Positions 1-8,251 are shown, counted from the first letter of the stretch. The stretch: DNA of 35,545 nt from Candidatus Sericytochromatia bacterium (GCA_036676495.1 JAKFCT010000011.1:1-35545), one strand, 5' to 3'. Notes: generated by a model from the sequence alone, not told the origin. Numbers and translations are program-made.

Positions 1-80
1 CCGGCCTTCTGGATCTTCTTCTTGAAGCGCTTGAGGGCGCTTTCAATCGACTCGTTTTCTGCGAGGCGAATTTCTGCCAA
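1..80 (-). CDS. rpsU: 30S ribosomal protein S21 (5' part; runs off window start)
   Basis: Not in the ORF track. Reverse complement from TTG at 80 reads MAEIRLAENESIESALKRFKKKIQKAG, the S21 N-terminus. SD-like GAGGGGAG lies upstream, and the gene follows a HIT gene, a known synteny. Confidence 0.95.
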   Translation of the reverse strand, partial: MAEIRLAENESIESALKRFKKKIQKA

Positions 81-127
81 CGGTATCACTCCCCTCGTGG
101 CAAATTCTGGCCAGGCCAGGAAAGCCT

Positions 128-156
128 ATTATACCCGAGGGTCGCCTGAAACGCAA
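128..156 (-). promoter_or_regulatory. sigma70-type promoter for rpsU
   Basis: TTGCGT (156-151) -17 nt- TATAAT (133-128) on the minus strand. Confidence 0.65.
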
Positions 157-203
157 TCGGATGCGGCGAAAACCCGTCAAGACTTCGCGCGAGCCGGCAA
201 GGC

Positions 204-539
204 TCAACCCGGAGGCCAACCCAGCGCGCGTCCCCCCAGCACGTGCCAGTGCAGGTGGAAGACCGATTGCTGAGCATCCGGTCCGTGGTTGGTCACCACC
301 CGGTAGCCGCTCTCCGCGACGCCCTCCTGCGCGGCCACCCGGCGGATGGCCTCCATCTGCTGGCCGCACTCCGCGCCCTCCAGATCCGCGATGGAGGGGA
401 TGTGCCGGCGCGGGATCACCAGGACATGCACCGGAGCCTGCGGGTTGATGTCGCGAAACGCGACCGCATGCGCATCCTCGTAGATGAGCTGCGCCGGAAT
501 CTCACCGCTGAGGATCCGGCAGAAGAGACAGTCCGCCAT
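204..539 (-). CDS. hinT: Histidine triad (HIT) nucleotide-binding protein
   Basis: N-terminus MADCLFCRI, FRDINPQAPVHVLVIP, and triad HLHWH in QSVFHLHWHVLGG; AAGGAAGG RBS. Confidence 0.93.
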   Translation of the reverse strand: MADCLFCRILSGEIPAQLIYEDAHAVAFRDINPQAPVHVLVIPRRHIPSIADLEGAECGQQMEAIRRVAAQEGVAESGYRVVTNHGPDAQQSVFHLHWHVLGGRALGWPPG

Positions 540-581
540 GGGCACCTTCCTTGTTCGAGGGGGACGACGATTGAAGGGGGG

Positions 582-830
582 CTACTTTCGGGGCCGGGGT
601 GGAACGCTCGGCGAGGCCGACGGGGTGATCCGGTACCCCCGCATCCCCCCGAAGGGCGGCGCCTCGATATGCGCGCCGTCCGGAGCGCGCTCCGTAAGGC
701 TCTTCGGCTGGACGTCCACGGTCACGCCCTTGATGCCGAGGCTCCCCGGAGGAGGGCTCTTGGCGGGAGCGGCCTGGGCAGGCTGGGCGGCGACGAGGCT
801 CGTCGCGAGCACGACGGCGACTAGAGACAA
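582..830 (-). CDS. Small secreted Pro-rich protein (about 82 aa)
   Basis: TTG at 830 directly after the anti-sigma stop, with GAGG SD inside the anti-sigma 3' end. Reads (M)SLVAVVLATSLVAAQPAQA-APAK..., a signal peptide with an AxA site. Confidence 0.65.
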   Translation of the reverse strand: MSLVAVVLATSLVAAQPAQAAPAKSPPPGSLGIKGVTVDVQPKSLTERAPDGAHIEAPPFGGMRGYRITPSASPSVPPRPRK

Positions 831-831
831 T

Positions 832-1545
832 TTACACCTCTTCTCTCTCGGAATGCCGGGCCAGCGTCTGCAACGAGTCCTGGCGGGGGTCGACCGGCAC
901 CACGATCCGGGTGGTCCGAACCATCTGGTTCTTCCGCACCGTGGCGAGGATTTCATAGCGGCCCGGCTGGGTGCCGCGCACGGTCACGGGGACCACGGTC
1001 TTGCCGCGCTTGAGCTCCCCTTCCCAGGTCACGCTCTGCGCGACGACCGGCTGGCCCTCGGCATCGACGAACTCCAGGCCCTCGGGAAGATCGATCTGGA
1101 AGGTCACCCCATCGACGTCGCGGTCGACGTCGAAGCCGATGTTGACCGCCATCTGGGTGGCCTCGGAGACCGAGGCGGTCTGGATGGTCGGGACCGGGCT
1201 GCGGAGGTTGACCACCGAGATCACGACGGCCGCCGCCACCGCACCGGCCGCCAGGGACGGCCAGTTGAAGAGCCCCTTGAGGCGATCGAGCCAGAGGGCT
1301 CCCGCCGGAGCCGGCGCCGGCTCTTGGGCCAGGCGCAGATGCAGCTTCTCCATGAAGCCCTCGGGCAGCTCGGGCGCCTTGCGGTCCTTCAGGAGGGAAA
1401 AGATCTCGCGCAATTCCCCTTCGGCCTGGCGGCACTCCGCGCACCCGGAGAGATGCTGGGTGACGAAGGCGCGGTCGAGCGCCACCTCGCGAGGATCGAG
1501 GTAGGCGGTGAGTTGGGATTGAACGTCAGCGCAGGTCATGGCCAT
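832..1545 (-). CDS. Zinc-finger (zf-HC2/ZAS) transmembrane anti-sigma factor
   Basis: MTCADVQSQLTAYLD...HLSGCAEC (HxxxCxxC), a single TM segment (LAAGAVAAAVVISVV) and a beta-rich extracytoplasmic C-terminus; directly downstream of the ECF sigma. Confidence 0.9.
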   Translation of the reverse strand: MAMTCADVQSQLTAYLDPREVALDRAFVTQHLSGCAECRQAEGELREIFSLLKDRKAPELPEGFMEKLHLRLAQEPAPAPAGALWLDRLKGLFNWPSLAAGAVAAAVVISVVNLRSPVPTIQTASVSEATQMAVNIGFDVDRDVDGVTFQIDLPEGLEFVDAEGQPVVAQSVTWEGELKRGKTVVPVTVRGTQPGRYEILATVRKNQMVRTTRIVVPVDPRQDSLQTLARHSEREEV

Positions 1546-1549
1546 CCCC

Positions 1550-2128
1550 CTAAATCGTCTCGCCGGAAAGGTAACCCGAAAGCTTGTGGCGCATCGAGAA
1601 GAGCTTGGTCTTCAACGACTCCCGCGCCCGGTTGAGCCGGGACTTCACGGTCCCGATGTTGATCTCGAGGATGCCCGCAATCTCCTCGTAGGAGTACCCC
1701 TCGATATCGTACATGATCAGGGGATCGCGAAGTTTGGTCGAGAGCCCGTCGAGCGCCTCTCCCATCAACTGCTGAAGCTCCGATTCCTCGGCCTTGCGCT
1801 CCAGGGTGTGCACGGGGGTCTCGGGAATCACGTCCACGGGATCCTCGTGCTTGCGCACGGCCCGCTTGAGCTCGTCCAGCGCCGTGTTGCGGATGATCCG
1901 CGCGATCCAGCTGAAGATCTCCGCGTCCCCCCGGTAGGTCCCGAGCGCCCGGTAGGCCTTGATCATCGCGTCCTGGGTCACGTCCGCGGCATCCTCCGCG
2001 TTGCCCATGATCTGGTAGGCGAGCCCGTAGAAGCGGTTCATGTGGGGGGAGATCAAGCGCTCGAAGGCAGCCTTGTCCCCGGCTTGGGCTCGGCGGAGCA
2101 GGTCGGGCTGCTCGCTTGCATTCGCCAA
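1550..2128 (-). CDS. ECF RNA polymerase sigma-70 factor (SigW/RpoE-like)
   Basis: Region 2 (DAADVTQDAMIKAY, FSWIARIIRN) and region 4 (EGYSYEEIAGILEINIGTVKSRLNRAR). Likely TTG start at 2128 with AAAGGA RBS, not the 2266 start in the ORF track. Confidence 0.93.
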   Translation of the reverse strand: MANASEQPDLLRRAQAGDKAAFERLISPHMNRFYGLAYQIMGNAEDAADVTQDAMIKAYRALGTYRGDAEIFSWIARIIRNTALDELKRAVRKHEDPVDVIPETPVHTLERKAEESELQQLMGEALDGLSTKLRDPLIMYDIEGYSYEEIAGILEINIGTVKSRLNRARESLKTKLFSMRHKLSGYLSGETI

Positions 2129-2220
2129 ACGGGATCCTTTCGTCGGGGGGACCTCGCCAGGAAGCGTCGGGGTCCAGATGGAAACAGACGGATTATACCC
2201 GACGGGGATCCCTCCCTCAA

Positions 2221-2368
2221 GGACGGCGACCGCTGCGACCGCTCGGACCCGCTTCAATTCTCGCATACTGCTTTCCTCCCAGACCTGACGCTACCCCGGG
2301 TGGCGGGGATACCGCCCGCACTCATGGGTCCAGACGACGCTGCCTCCCGAAAGGTTCGCTCACGCCGC
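2221..2368 (-). ncRNA. ffs: Candidate signal recognition particle RNA (atypical, about 150 nt)
   Basis: Minus strand has UCAGG-UCU-GGGA-GGA-AAGCAG (2288-2268), resembling the SRP helix-8 core CAGG-UCC-GGAA-GGA-AGCAG with a GNRA loop. Flanking GGACCC/GGGUCC can pair at long range. It is adjacent to ybaB-recR, where ffs often lies. Boundaries approximate. Confidence 0.55.
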
Positions 2369-2374
2369 GACTCT

Positions 2375-2383
2375 TGCTATAAT
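2375..2383 (+). promoter_or_regulatory. Extended -10 promoter for ybaB-recR
   Basis: TGCTATAAT about 35 nt upstream of the ybaB ATG; AAAGGAG RBS. Confidence 0.6.
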
Positions 2384-2416
2384 GGGAAGAATCCCCCCAC
2401 TTGAAAGGAGTTTCCA

Positions 2417-2758
2417 ATGCGTCCAGGCGGGTTCGGCGGCGGTGGCATGGATATGGCCAAGATGATGAAACAGGCCCAGAAGATGCAGGAGGCCTTGTTG
2501 AAGGCCCAGGAGGATCTGGGAAGCCAGCTGGTCGAAGGGACGGCCGGCGGCGGCGCCGTGACGGTGACCGCGAACGGCCACAAGGAAATCACGGCGATCC
2601 GGATCAAGCCCGAAGCGGTCGATCCCGAAGATGTCGAGACCCTCGAGGACCTGGTGCTCGCCGCCGTCAAGGATGCGCAGACCAAGGCCGCGGGCCTGGC
2701 GGAGTCCTCCATGGGATCCATCACCGGCGGCATGGGCCTGCCCGGCATGGGATTCTAG
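2417..2758 (+). CDS. ybaB: YbaB/EbfC nucleoid-associated protein
   Basis: MAKMMKQAQKMQE...VEGTAGGGAVTVTANG...DPEDVETLEDLVLAA; upstream of recR. Confidence 0.95.
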   Translation: MRPGGFGGGGMDMAKMMKQAQKMQEALLKAQEDLGSQLVEGTAGGGAVTVTANGHKEITAIRIKPEAVDPEDVETLEDLVLAAVKDAQTKAAGLAESSMGSITGGMGLPGMGF

Positions 2759-2770
2759 AAAGAGCCTAGG

Positions 2771-3367
2771 TTGTTCTACTCCAAACCCCTCGCGCAGCTC
2801 ATCGAGGAGCTGCAAAAGCTACCGGGCATCGGCCCCAAGAGCGCCCAGCGCCTCGCGTACTACCTCCTCAAGCAGCCTGCCGGGGAGGTCCAGAAGCTGG
2901 CGAAAGCCCTCCTCGATGCCAAGGAACAGATCAAGTTCTGCAGCGTTTGCTCGAACCTGAGCGCCATGGACCCTTGCGAGCTCTGCGCCAACCCCGCCCG
3001 CGATCCGGGCGTGGTCTGCGTCGTCTCGGAACCCAAGGACCTGGTCGCCGTGGAGCGCACCAAGGAGTACCGCGGCGGCTACCACGTCCTGCAGGGCCTG
3101 ATCTCCCCGATGGACGGCATCGGCCCCGAACAGCTCAAGATCAAGGAGCTGGTCGCGCGGCTGCAGACGGACGTGGTCAAGGAAGTCATCCTGGCCATCC
3201 CCCCGTCCATCGAGGGAGAGGCGACCAGTCTCTACCTCAGCCGGCTCATCAAGCCGCTGGGCGTGCGCGTGACCCGCATCGCCTTCGGGCTGCCGGTGGG
3301 CGGAGACCTCGAGTACGCGGACGAGATGACCCTGGTGAAAGCCCTCGAAGGCCGCCGGGAAATCTAA
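2771..3367 (+). CDS. recR: Recombination mediator RecR
   Basis: [13 protein letters not shown] HhH, C4 zinc finger (CSVC...CELC), and Toprim motifs [21 protein letters not shown] and GGDLEYAD. Confidence 0.97.
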   Translation: MFYSKPLAQLIEELQKLPGIGPKSAQRLAYYLLKQPAGEVQKLAKALLDAKEQIKFCSVCSNLSAMDPCELCANPARDPGVVCVVSEPKDLVAVERTKEYRGGYHVLQGLISPMDGIGPEQLKIKELVARLQTDVVKEVILAIPPSIEGEATSLYLSRLIKPLGVRVTRIAFGLPVGGDLEYADEMTLVKALEGRREI

Positions 3368-3370
3368 ACC

Positions 3371-3403
3371 AAAAGCGCCGGGAGACCTCCCGGCGCTTTT
3401 TTG
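3371..3403. terminator. Bidirectional intrinsic terminator
   Basis: AAAAGCGCCGGGAG-ac-CTCCCGGCGCTTTT(TT) between convergent genes. Confidence 0.85.
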
Positions 3404-3423
3404 GTAATCATGGCGGGAGGCCG

Positions 3424-3600
3424 CTACCCCCCGAAGTACTCCTCGACCTTGAAGTCGCAGGCGCTGCAGCGAATCTTGGTGTAGTTGGCGTCGAATTGCA
3501 GGCTCAGGGTCGATTTGCCGCAGTCCGGGCAAACCTTGGTCCCGGTGGCCAGGATCCGCTGGCTGAGCTGTTCGAGTTCTTTCTCCGTCCGCGTCTTCAT
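3424..3600 (-). CDS. Small zinc-ribbon protein (58 aa)
   Basis: CPDC-x17-CSAC; AGGAG RBS before the ATG at 3600. Confidence 0.75.
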   Translation of the reverse strand: MKTRTEKELEQLSQRILATGTKVCPDCGKSTLSLQFDANYTKIRCSACDFKVEEYFGG

Positions 3601-3616
3601 CCGTACTCCTAACATC

Positions 3617-3669
3617 GAGCCGCAGGCGCTATTTCGAGCCGCAGGCGCTATCCTGAGCCGCAGGCGCTA
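3617..3669. repeat. 3 x 15-bp direct repeat, period 19
   Basis: GAGCCGCAGGCGCTA at 3617, 3636 and 3655, separated by TTTC and TCCT. Confidence 0.95.
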
Positions 3670-4074
3670 CCAGTGCTTGGCTTCGACCATCGCGCAGGGG
3701 CCGCCCCAGATCACGTGCATGCCAGCTTCCTGCGCCTTGGCGACGGCCGGTTCCGACTCGGCTCCCGGCTGAAACCAAATGTTTTGAACGCCCTTGGCGA
3801 GGCAGTCCTCCACGATCCCCAGGCCGGCAACCGGAGGCACGACGACATCAACCACTTCCGGCACCACGGGGAGATCCCGGAGGCTGGGGTACGTGGGAGT
3901 GCCGTCGTCGAGACCGTCGCAATTGGGGTTCACGGCGTAGACGACGTAGCCGGATCGCTTGAGGGCGTCGAAGATACGGCGGCCGAACTTGTGGTGTTGG
4001 TTGGACGCGCCCACCACCGCCCAGACACGCTGATTGATCATCGTGGCGATCGCCTCGGGATGACTGGTTGGCAT
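3667..4074 (-). CDS. CoA-binding protein (YccU family)
   Basis: WAVVGAS...YAVNP...WFQPGAES...GPC; AGGAGG RBS. Confidence 0.9.
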   Translation of the reverse strand: MPTSHPEAIATMINQRVWAVVGASNQHHKFGRRIFDALKRSGYVVYAVNPNCDGLDDGTPTYPSLRDLPVVPEVVDVVVPPVAGLGIVEDCLAKGVQNIWFQPGAESEPAVAKAQEAGMHVIWGGPCAMVEAKHW

Positions 4075-4218
4075 GGGGCCCTCCTACAAGCAGCGGGTTT
4101 CCAGCCTCATCCTACCCCAAACCCTCCCGGGGCTCAAGCCGATCTCCCGCCCGACTTTCCGGCAACGTCCGCTCGAATCGCTGCGGGACGCGCCAGGTTT
4201 TGCTATGATTAAGGGATT

Positions 4219-6150
4219 ATGGACCAAACGCCACCAATTTCTCCCTTCGACTCCCATCCCCACCCCTCCACTCCCGACGGGCTTTGCCGCCTCGGCTCGG
4301 AGTACCTGGAGCGTGGGCAACTGAGCGATGCGATCTTCGCGCTGCGGCTCGCCATCAAGATGGATCCCGGCAATGCCCAGGCCCACTTCTTGCTGGGAGA
4401 AGTGCTCGCCGAGAAGGACAACCTCGCCGGCGCCATCCGGGAGTACCGCCAGGCCGTCGCGGCGGATCCCAGCTACGCCGAGGCCCACTTCGCCCTGGCC
4501 TGGGGACTGGAGAAGCAGGGGGATACCCAGTCGGCCATCGTGATGCAACGCAAGGGCCTCGCCCTCGATCCGACCAACCTGCAGGCCCATAACGAACTCG
4601 GCACCATGCTCTTCTTCGCCGGGAACCTGGAAGGGGCGCTCGCCGCCTTCAAGGCCGCGCTGCTGCTCGACCCCGAGAACGCCATCGCCAACCAGGGCGT
4701 GGGAGCCATCAAGTTCGAGCAGGGGGATTTCGAGGCGGCCAGCCAGGCCTTCCAGAAGGCCATCCAGCGCAAGCCGGACTGGTCCCTGCCCCACCACGAC
4801 CTGGCCATGACCTACTCCTTGCAAGGCCGCAACGCCTCGGCGCAACTCCAGTCCCGGGTCGCCCACCAGGTCGAAGCCCGCGAAAAAGAGCGCGAACGCG
4901 CCGACGGGGTCGTGCTGGAGGCCCATCGCCAGTTCCTCAAGGGACTCGTCGCGGAGGCCGAGGCCGGCTGCCGCGAAGCCCTCGGCATCTACCCCGAACA
5001 CGCCCCGGCCCACCGCCTCCTGGGCATGATCGCCGCCCAGCGCGCGGATCAGCCGGAGGCGATCGCCCTCTTCAGCCGCGCCCTCGAGTTGGACGCCGAC
5101 GACATCGACGCCCGCAGCCAGCTCGCCTGGATCCTGGAGCAGGAAGGCGACCTGGACCGCGCCGAACACGAGATTCGCGAGCTGCTGCGCCGGGTCCCCG
5201 GGGATTCCTGGGGCCATAACCACCTCGGCTGGATCCTCTACCAGCGCGGGCAAACCGCCGAGGCGATCGCCGAGTACCAACGCGCCCTCCAGACCGATCC
5301 CCGCAACCTCAACGCCCTCTACAACCTCGGCTCGGCGCTGATCGACCAGGGCGACTGGGAGGGAGCCGTGGGCCCGCTGCAGGCCGCCCTGCGCTCGGAT
5401 CCGCAGGACACCGAGGCGCGGCTGCACCTGGCCTGGGCCTACGAGCAGCAGGGCCGCTGGGAAGAAGCCATCCAAGAACTCGGAAACCTGCTGGAACTCG
5501 ATCCCGAGGACGTCGACGCCCGCTTCGAGCTGGGCTGGTCCCTCGAGCAGATCTCCGACCTCGAAGGCGCCAAGCGCGAGTACTTCCGCGTCCTGACCAT
5601 CGACCCCCATCATTCGTACGCGCACCACAACCTGGGCCATATCCTCGAGCGGCAAGGCGACCTGAAGGGCGCCATCCGCGAGTACCGGCGCGCCCTGGAC
5701 GAGGATCCCGCCAACGCCAACGCCCACCACAACCTGGCCCAGCTGCTGCATTCCCAGGGGGACTGGAAGGGAGCTTCCAAGCAGCTGCGGATCGCGCTGG
5801 ATCACGTGCCCGACGACGTCGAGCTGCGCTTCCTCTATGCGCACATGCTCGCCGAGAGCGGTCAGCGGCGCCAGGCCGTCGACCAGTACCTGGAGGTCAT
5901 CGCCCGGGATCCCAGCGATGCCGTCGCCTATCACGACCTGGGCGCCACCCTGTTCCAGCTGAAACGCTTCAAGGAAGCCGCCAAGGCCTACCGGGAGGCC
6001 ACCCGGCTCGATCCCGGCTTTGCCGAAGCCTTCATGCACCTGAGTGCGGTCCTGCAGGAACTTCGCGATTACCCGGGAGCCGAAGCCGCCTATCAACGTG
6101 CCGTGCAACTGGGCCGCCTCCCGCGCGTCGAGGTGGATCCGGAGCTCTAG
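4219..6150 (+). CDS. Tetratricopeptide repeat protein (TPRs along nearly its whole length)
   Basis: Repeated 34-aa units such as AHFLLGEVLAEKDNLAGAIREYRQAVAADPSYAE; TGCTATGAT extended -10 at 4201-4209. Confidence 0.92.
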   Translation: MDQTPPISPFDSHPHPSTPDGLCRLGSEYLERGQLSDAIFALRLAIKMDPGNAQAHFLLGEVLAEKDNLAGAIREYRQAVAADPSYAEAHFALAWGLEKQGDTQSAIVMQRKGLALDPTNLQAHNELGTMLFFAGNLEGALAAFKAALLLDPENAIANQGVGAIKFEQGDFEAASQAFQKAIQRKPDWSLPHHDLAMTYSLQGRNASAQLQSRVAHQVEAREKERERADGVVLEAHRQFLKGLVAEAEAGCREALGIYPEHAPAHRLLGMIAAQRADQPEAIALFSRALELDADDIDARSQLAWILEQEGDLDRAEHEIRELLRRVPGDSWGHNHLGWILYQRGQTAEAIAEYQRALQTDPRNLNALYNLGSALIDQGDWEGAVGPLQAALRSDPQDTEARLHLAWAYEQQGRWEEAIQELGNLLELDPEDVDARFELGWSLEQISDLEGAKREYFRVLTIDPHHSYAHHNLGHILERQGDLKGAIREYRRALDEDPANANAHHNLAQLLHSQGDWKGASKQLRIALDHVPDDVELRFLYAHMLAESGQRRQAVDQYLEVIARDPSDAVAYHDLGATLFQLKRFKEAAKAYREATRLDPGFAEAFMHLSAVLQELRDYPGAEAAYQRAVQLGRLPRVEVDPEL

Positions 6151-6261
6151 CCTCGCGTGGCGTCAGGACGGCTACGCCGCCTTCCGTAACCGCCCCGGGC
6201 GCCAACGCCCGCGCCGGCGGGCCCCCCGATCGACCGATCCGACCTCGCAACGCCCCGTCGC

Positions 6262-6290
6262 TTTACGTGGCTTGACGACGTTTTTATAAT
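6262..6290 (+). promoter_or_regulatory. sigma70-type promoter for the histidine kinase
   Basis: TTTACG -17 nt- TATAAT. Confidence 0.55.
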
Positions 6291-6296
6291 GGGGGC

Positions 6297-7907
6297 ATGA
6301 GCCCCTACGGGCGAGCAAGGGGTGAGGCCATGGCCACTCCGGACGTCCATCTGGGAGGGACGCTTCCCTCGATTTCCCTGGAGCTGCTCTTCAATGAGCT
6401 TCCGGTAGGCATTTGCCTGCTGGACGACCAGCTCCGCATTCACTACATCAACCCCGTCTACGCCGCCTACCTGAAACGCTACCTTTCCCTCGAGCCGGAG
6501 GCCGCCATGGGGCGCCCCTGGCTGGAGGTCGTGCCGATCGGCCCCCATCTGCGCCGTAAGCTCTACTGGCTCCACGAGGAAGGCCGCTCCTACAAGGCCG
6601 ATGAGGTCCCGATTTGCCGCGAGGGACGGCCTTGCAGCTACTGGGACCTCACCCTCGCCCCCGTCACGTTCGGGGAATCGAAGGGACTGATCCTCTCCAC
6701 GATCGACGCCACCGAGCGCGTCAGGACCGAACAGGCCCTCCGCCGGCAGCGCGATCAGAACGTCGCGATCCTGCGGGACATGGCCGAAGGCCTGCTGGTG
6801 CTCGACGAGCAAGGCAGGATCCACGACGCCAGCCTCCACGCGGCGGAACTCCTGGGACTGCCGATCGATAGCCTGATCGGGCTCGACATCCGCAAAGCCC
6901 CCGAATTCGCCAACCTCTACTACCCTGGAGGCGAGCGGGTCCCGCGCGAGCGCATGCCCATCTTCCGCGCGTTGCGCGGAGAGTCCTTCCACAACGAGAT
7001 CTTCCTGGTGCGGCAACACGACGCCACCATGGCCCTGATGTTCTCCAGCACTCCCGTTCGAGACGGAGAGACGGGCTTCGGCTCCATCGTCTTTCGAGAC
7101 ATCACCGAGACATGGAACCTCCGCCAACAGCTCGAGCGCCTCGTGGAGGAACGAACCCGGGAGCTGCGGGCCGCGCTGGAGGAACTGAGGGCCATCGACC
7201 AGAAGAAGGCCGATTTCCTCAACTCGGTCAGCCATGAGCTGAGAACTCCCCTCACGGCCATCACCGGATTCGCCGAGTTCCTCGACGAGGGAGTCGCCGG
7301 GAATCTGAACCCGGAGCAGCGGCATTACGTGCAGCAGATTCTCTATGGCACGGAACGGCTGCTGGTGCTCATCAACGACCTGCTGGACTACGCCCGCATG
7401 GAGGCCGGTCGCTTCACCCTCGCCCGGGCCCCCGTCGAGTTTCCGGAGCTGGCCAACAAGGTCGTCGCCTCGTTGATGCCGCTGGCCAAGGGCAGTCATC
7501 TCGAAATCCGCGTGGAGATCCCCCCCAACCTGCCCGAGCTCGATGCCGACCCGGATCGCGTCAGCCAGATCCTGACCAACCTCCTTTCCAACTCCCTCAA
7601 GTTCACGCGAGCAGGCGGCCTCATCTGTCTGCGGGCAAAGCAGAAAGACGACCACGTGGAAATCGAGGTCGCGGATACCGGGATCGGGATCCCGCAAGAC
7701 GCGATTCCCCACCTCTTCACCCAGTTCTTCCGGGTCGATCCGACCGTCGCCGTCCGGGGCACCGGTCTGGGCCTGCCCATCACGAAGGGGCTGGTCGAGG
7801 CCCACGGGGGGCAGATCGAGGTGCGGAGCAAAGTCGGCAAGGGAAGCAGCTTCCGCTTCACCTTGCCGATCTGGAGCGAGCAAAGGCCCGCCTATCCTCC
7901 CAGGTGA
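6297..7907 (+). CDS. Cytoplasmic PAS-PAS sensor histidine kinase
   Basis: Two PAS-like segments, H-box SVSHELRTPLTAI, N-box QILTNLLSNSLKFT, and G boxes DTGIGI and GTGLGL. The start may be 6330. Confidence 0.93.
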   Translation: MSPYGRARGEAMATPDVHLGGTLPSISLELLFNELPVGICLLDDQLRIHYINPVYAAYLKRYLSLEPEAAMGRPWLEVVPIGPHLRRKLYWLHEEGRSYKADEVPICREGRPCSYWDLTLAPVTFGESKGLILSTIDATERVRTEQALRRQRDQNVAILRDMAEGLLVLDEQGRIHDASLHAAELLGLPIDSLIGLDIRKAPEFANLYYPGGERVPRERMPIFRALRGESFHNEIFLVRQHDATMALMFSSTPVRDGETGFGSIVFRDITETWNLRQQLERLVEERTRELRAALEELRAIDQKKADFLNSVSHELRTPLTAITGFAEFLDEGVAGNLNPEQRHYVQQILYGTERLLVLINDLLDYARMEAGRFTLARAPVEFPELANKVVASLMPLAKGSHLEIRVEIPPNLPELDADPDRVSQILTNLLSNSLKFTRAGGLICLRAKQKDDHVEIEVADTGIGIPQDAIPHLFTQFFRVDPTVAVRGTGLGLPITKGLVEAHGGQIEVRSKVGKGSSFRFTLPIWSEQRPAYPPR

Positions 7908-8173
7908 TCCCAGTCGTCGCTTTCGGCATCCGCATTGCCGGGGGACACCCCGGCTTGCTCGTGGACATGCGGGATCTCGTCGGGAAAGATCATCGCGCCG
8001 CTCGTGAGACCCGACGGCGGCGTGCTGCGGTCGGCCAACGTGACGTCCACGTTCCCCTCGTCGAGAATGGGCTCGGTCGCCCGGTTAAGGCGGGCCAGAT
8101 CCTCGGAACCGACGAGACCCAGCGGATCCAGCGGCACTCCCTCATCGGGACGGATCGATTTCGGGTCGGCCAT
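7892..8173 (-). CDS. Small acidic hypothetical protein
   Basis: 93-aa ORF with AAAGGA RBS and its own promoter TTGCAG-17-TAGGCT (8235-8207). Confidence 0.65.
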   Translation of the reverse strand: MADPKSIRPDEGVPLDPLGLVGSEDLARLNRATEPILDEGNVDVTLADRSTPPSGLTSGAMIFPDEIPHVHEQAGVSPGNADAESDDWDHLGG

Positions 8174-8251
8174 GCGCGCGTCCTTTCATCCTCTCGAAAC
8201 GCCCCTAGCCTACCAAGGCCTCCCTCCCCCTGCAAGCGGCTTGCAGGGGTC

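Noticed and set aside
2129-2266. N-terminal extension of the ECF sigma in the ORF track
   Set aside because: A TATAAT (2197-2192) and an RBS with TTG at 2128 lie inside it, and it overlaps the candidate ncRNA.
4084-6108. 674-aa antisense ORF, and similar long antisense ORFs at 6147-7883, 9086-11275, 16169-17758, 24868-27045, 28140-29975, 32059-33666 and 33888-35294
   Set aside because: Shadow frames opposite clearly identifiable genes; high GC3 codon usage suppresses antisense stops, and no motifs are recognisable.
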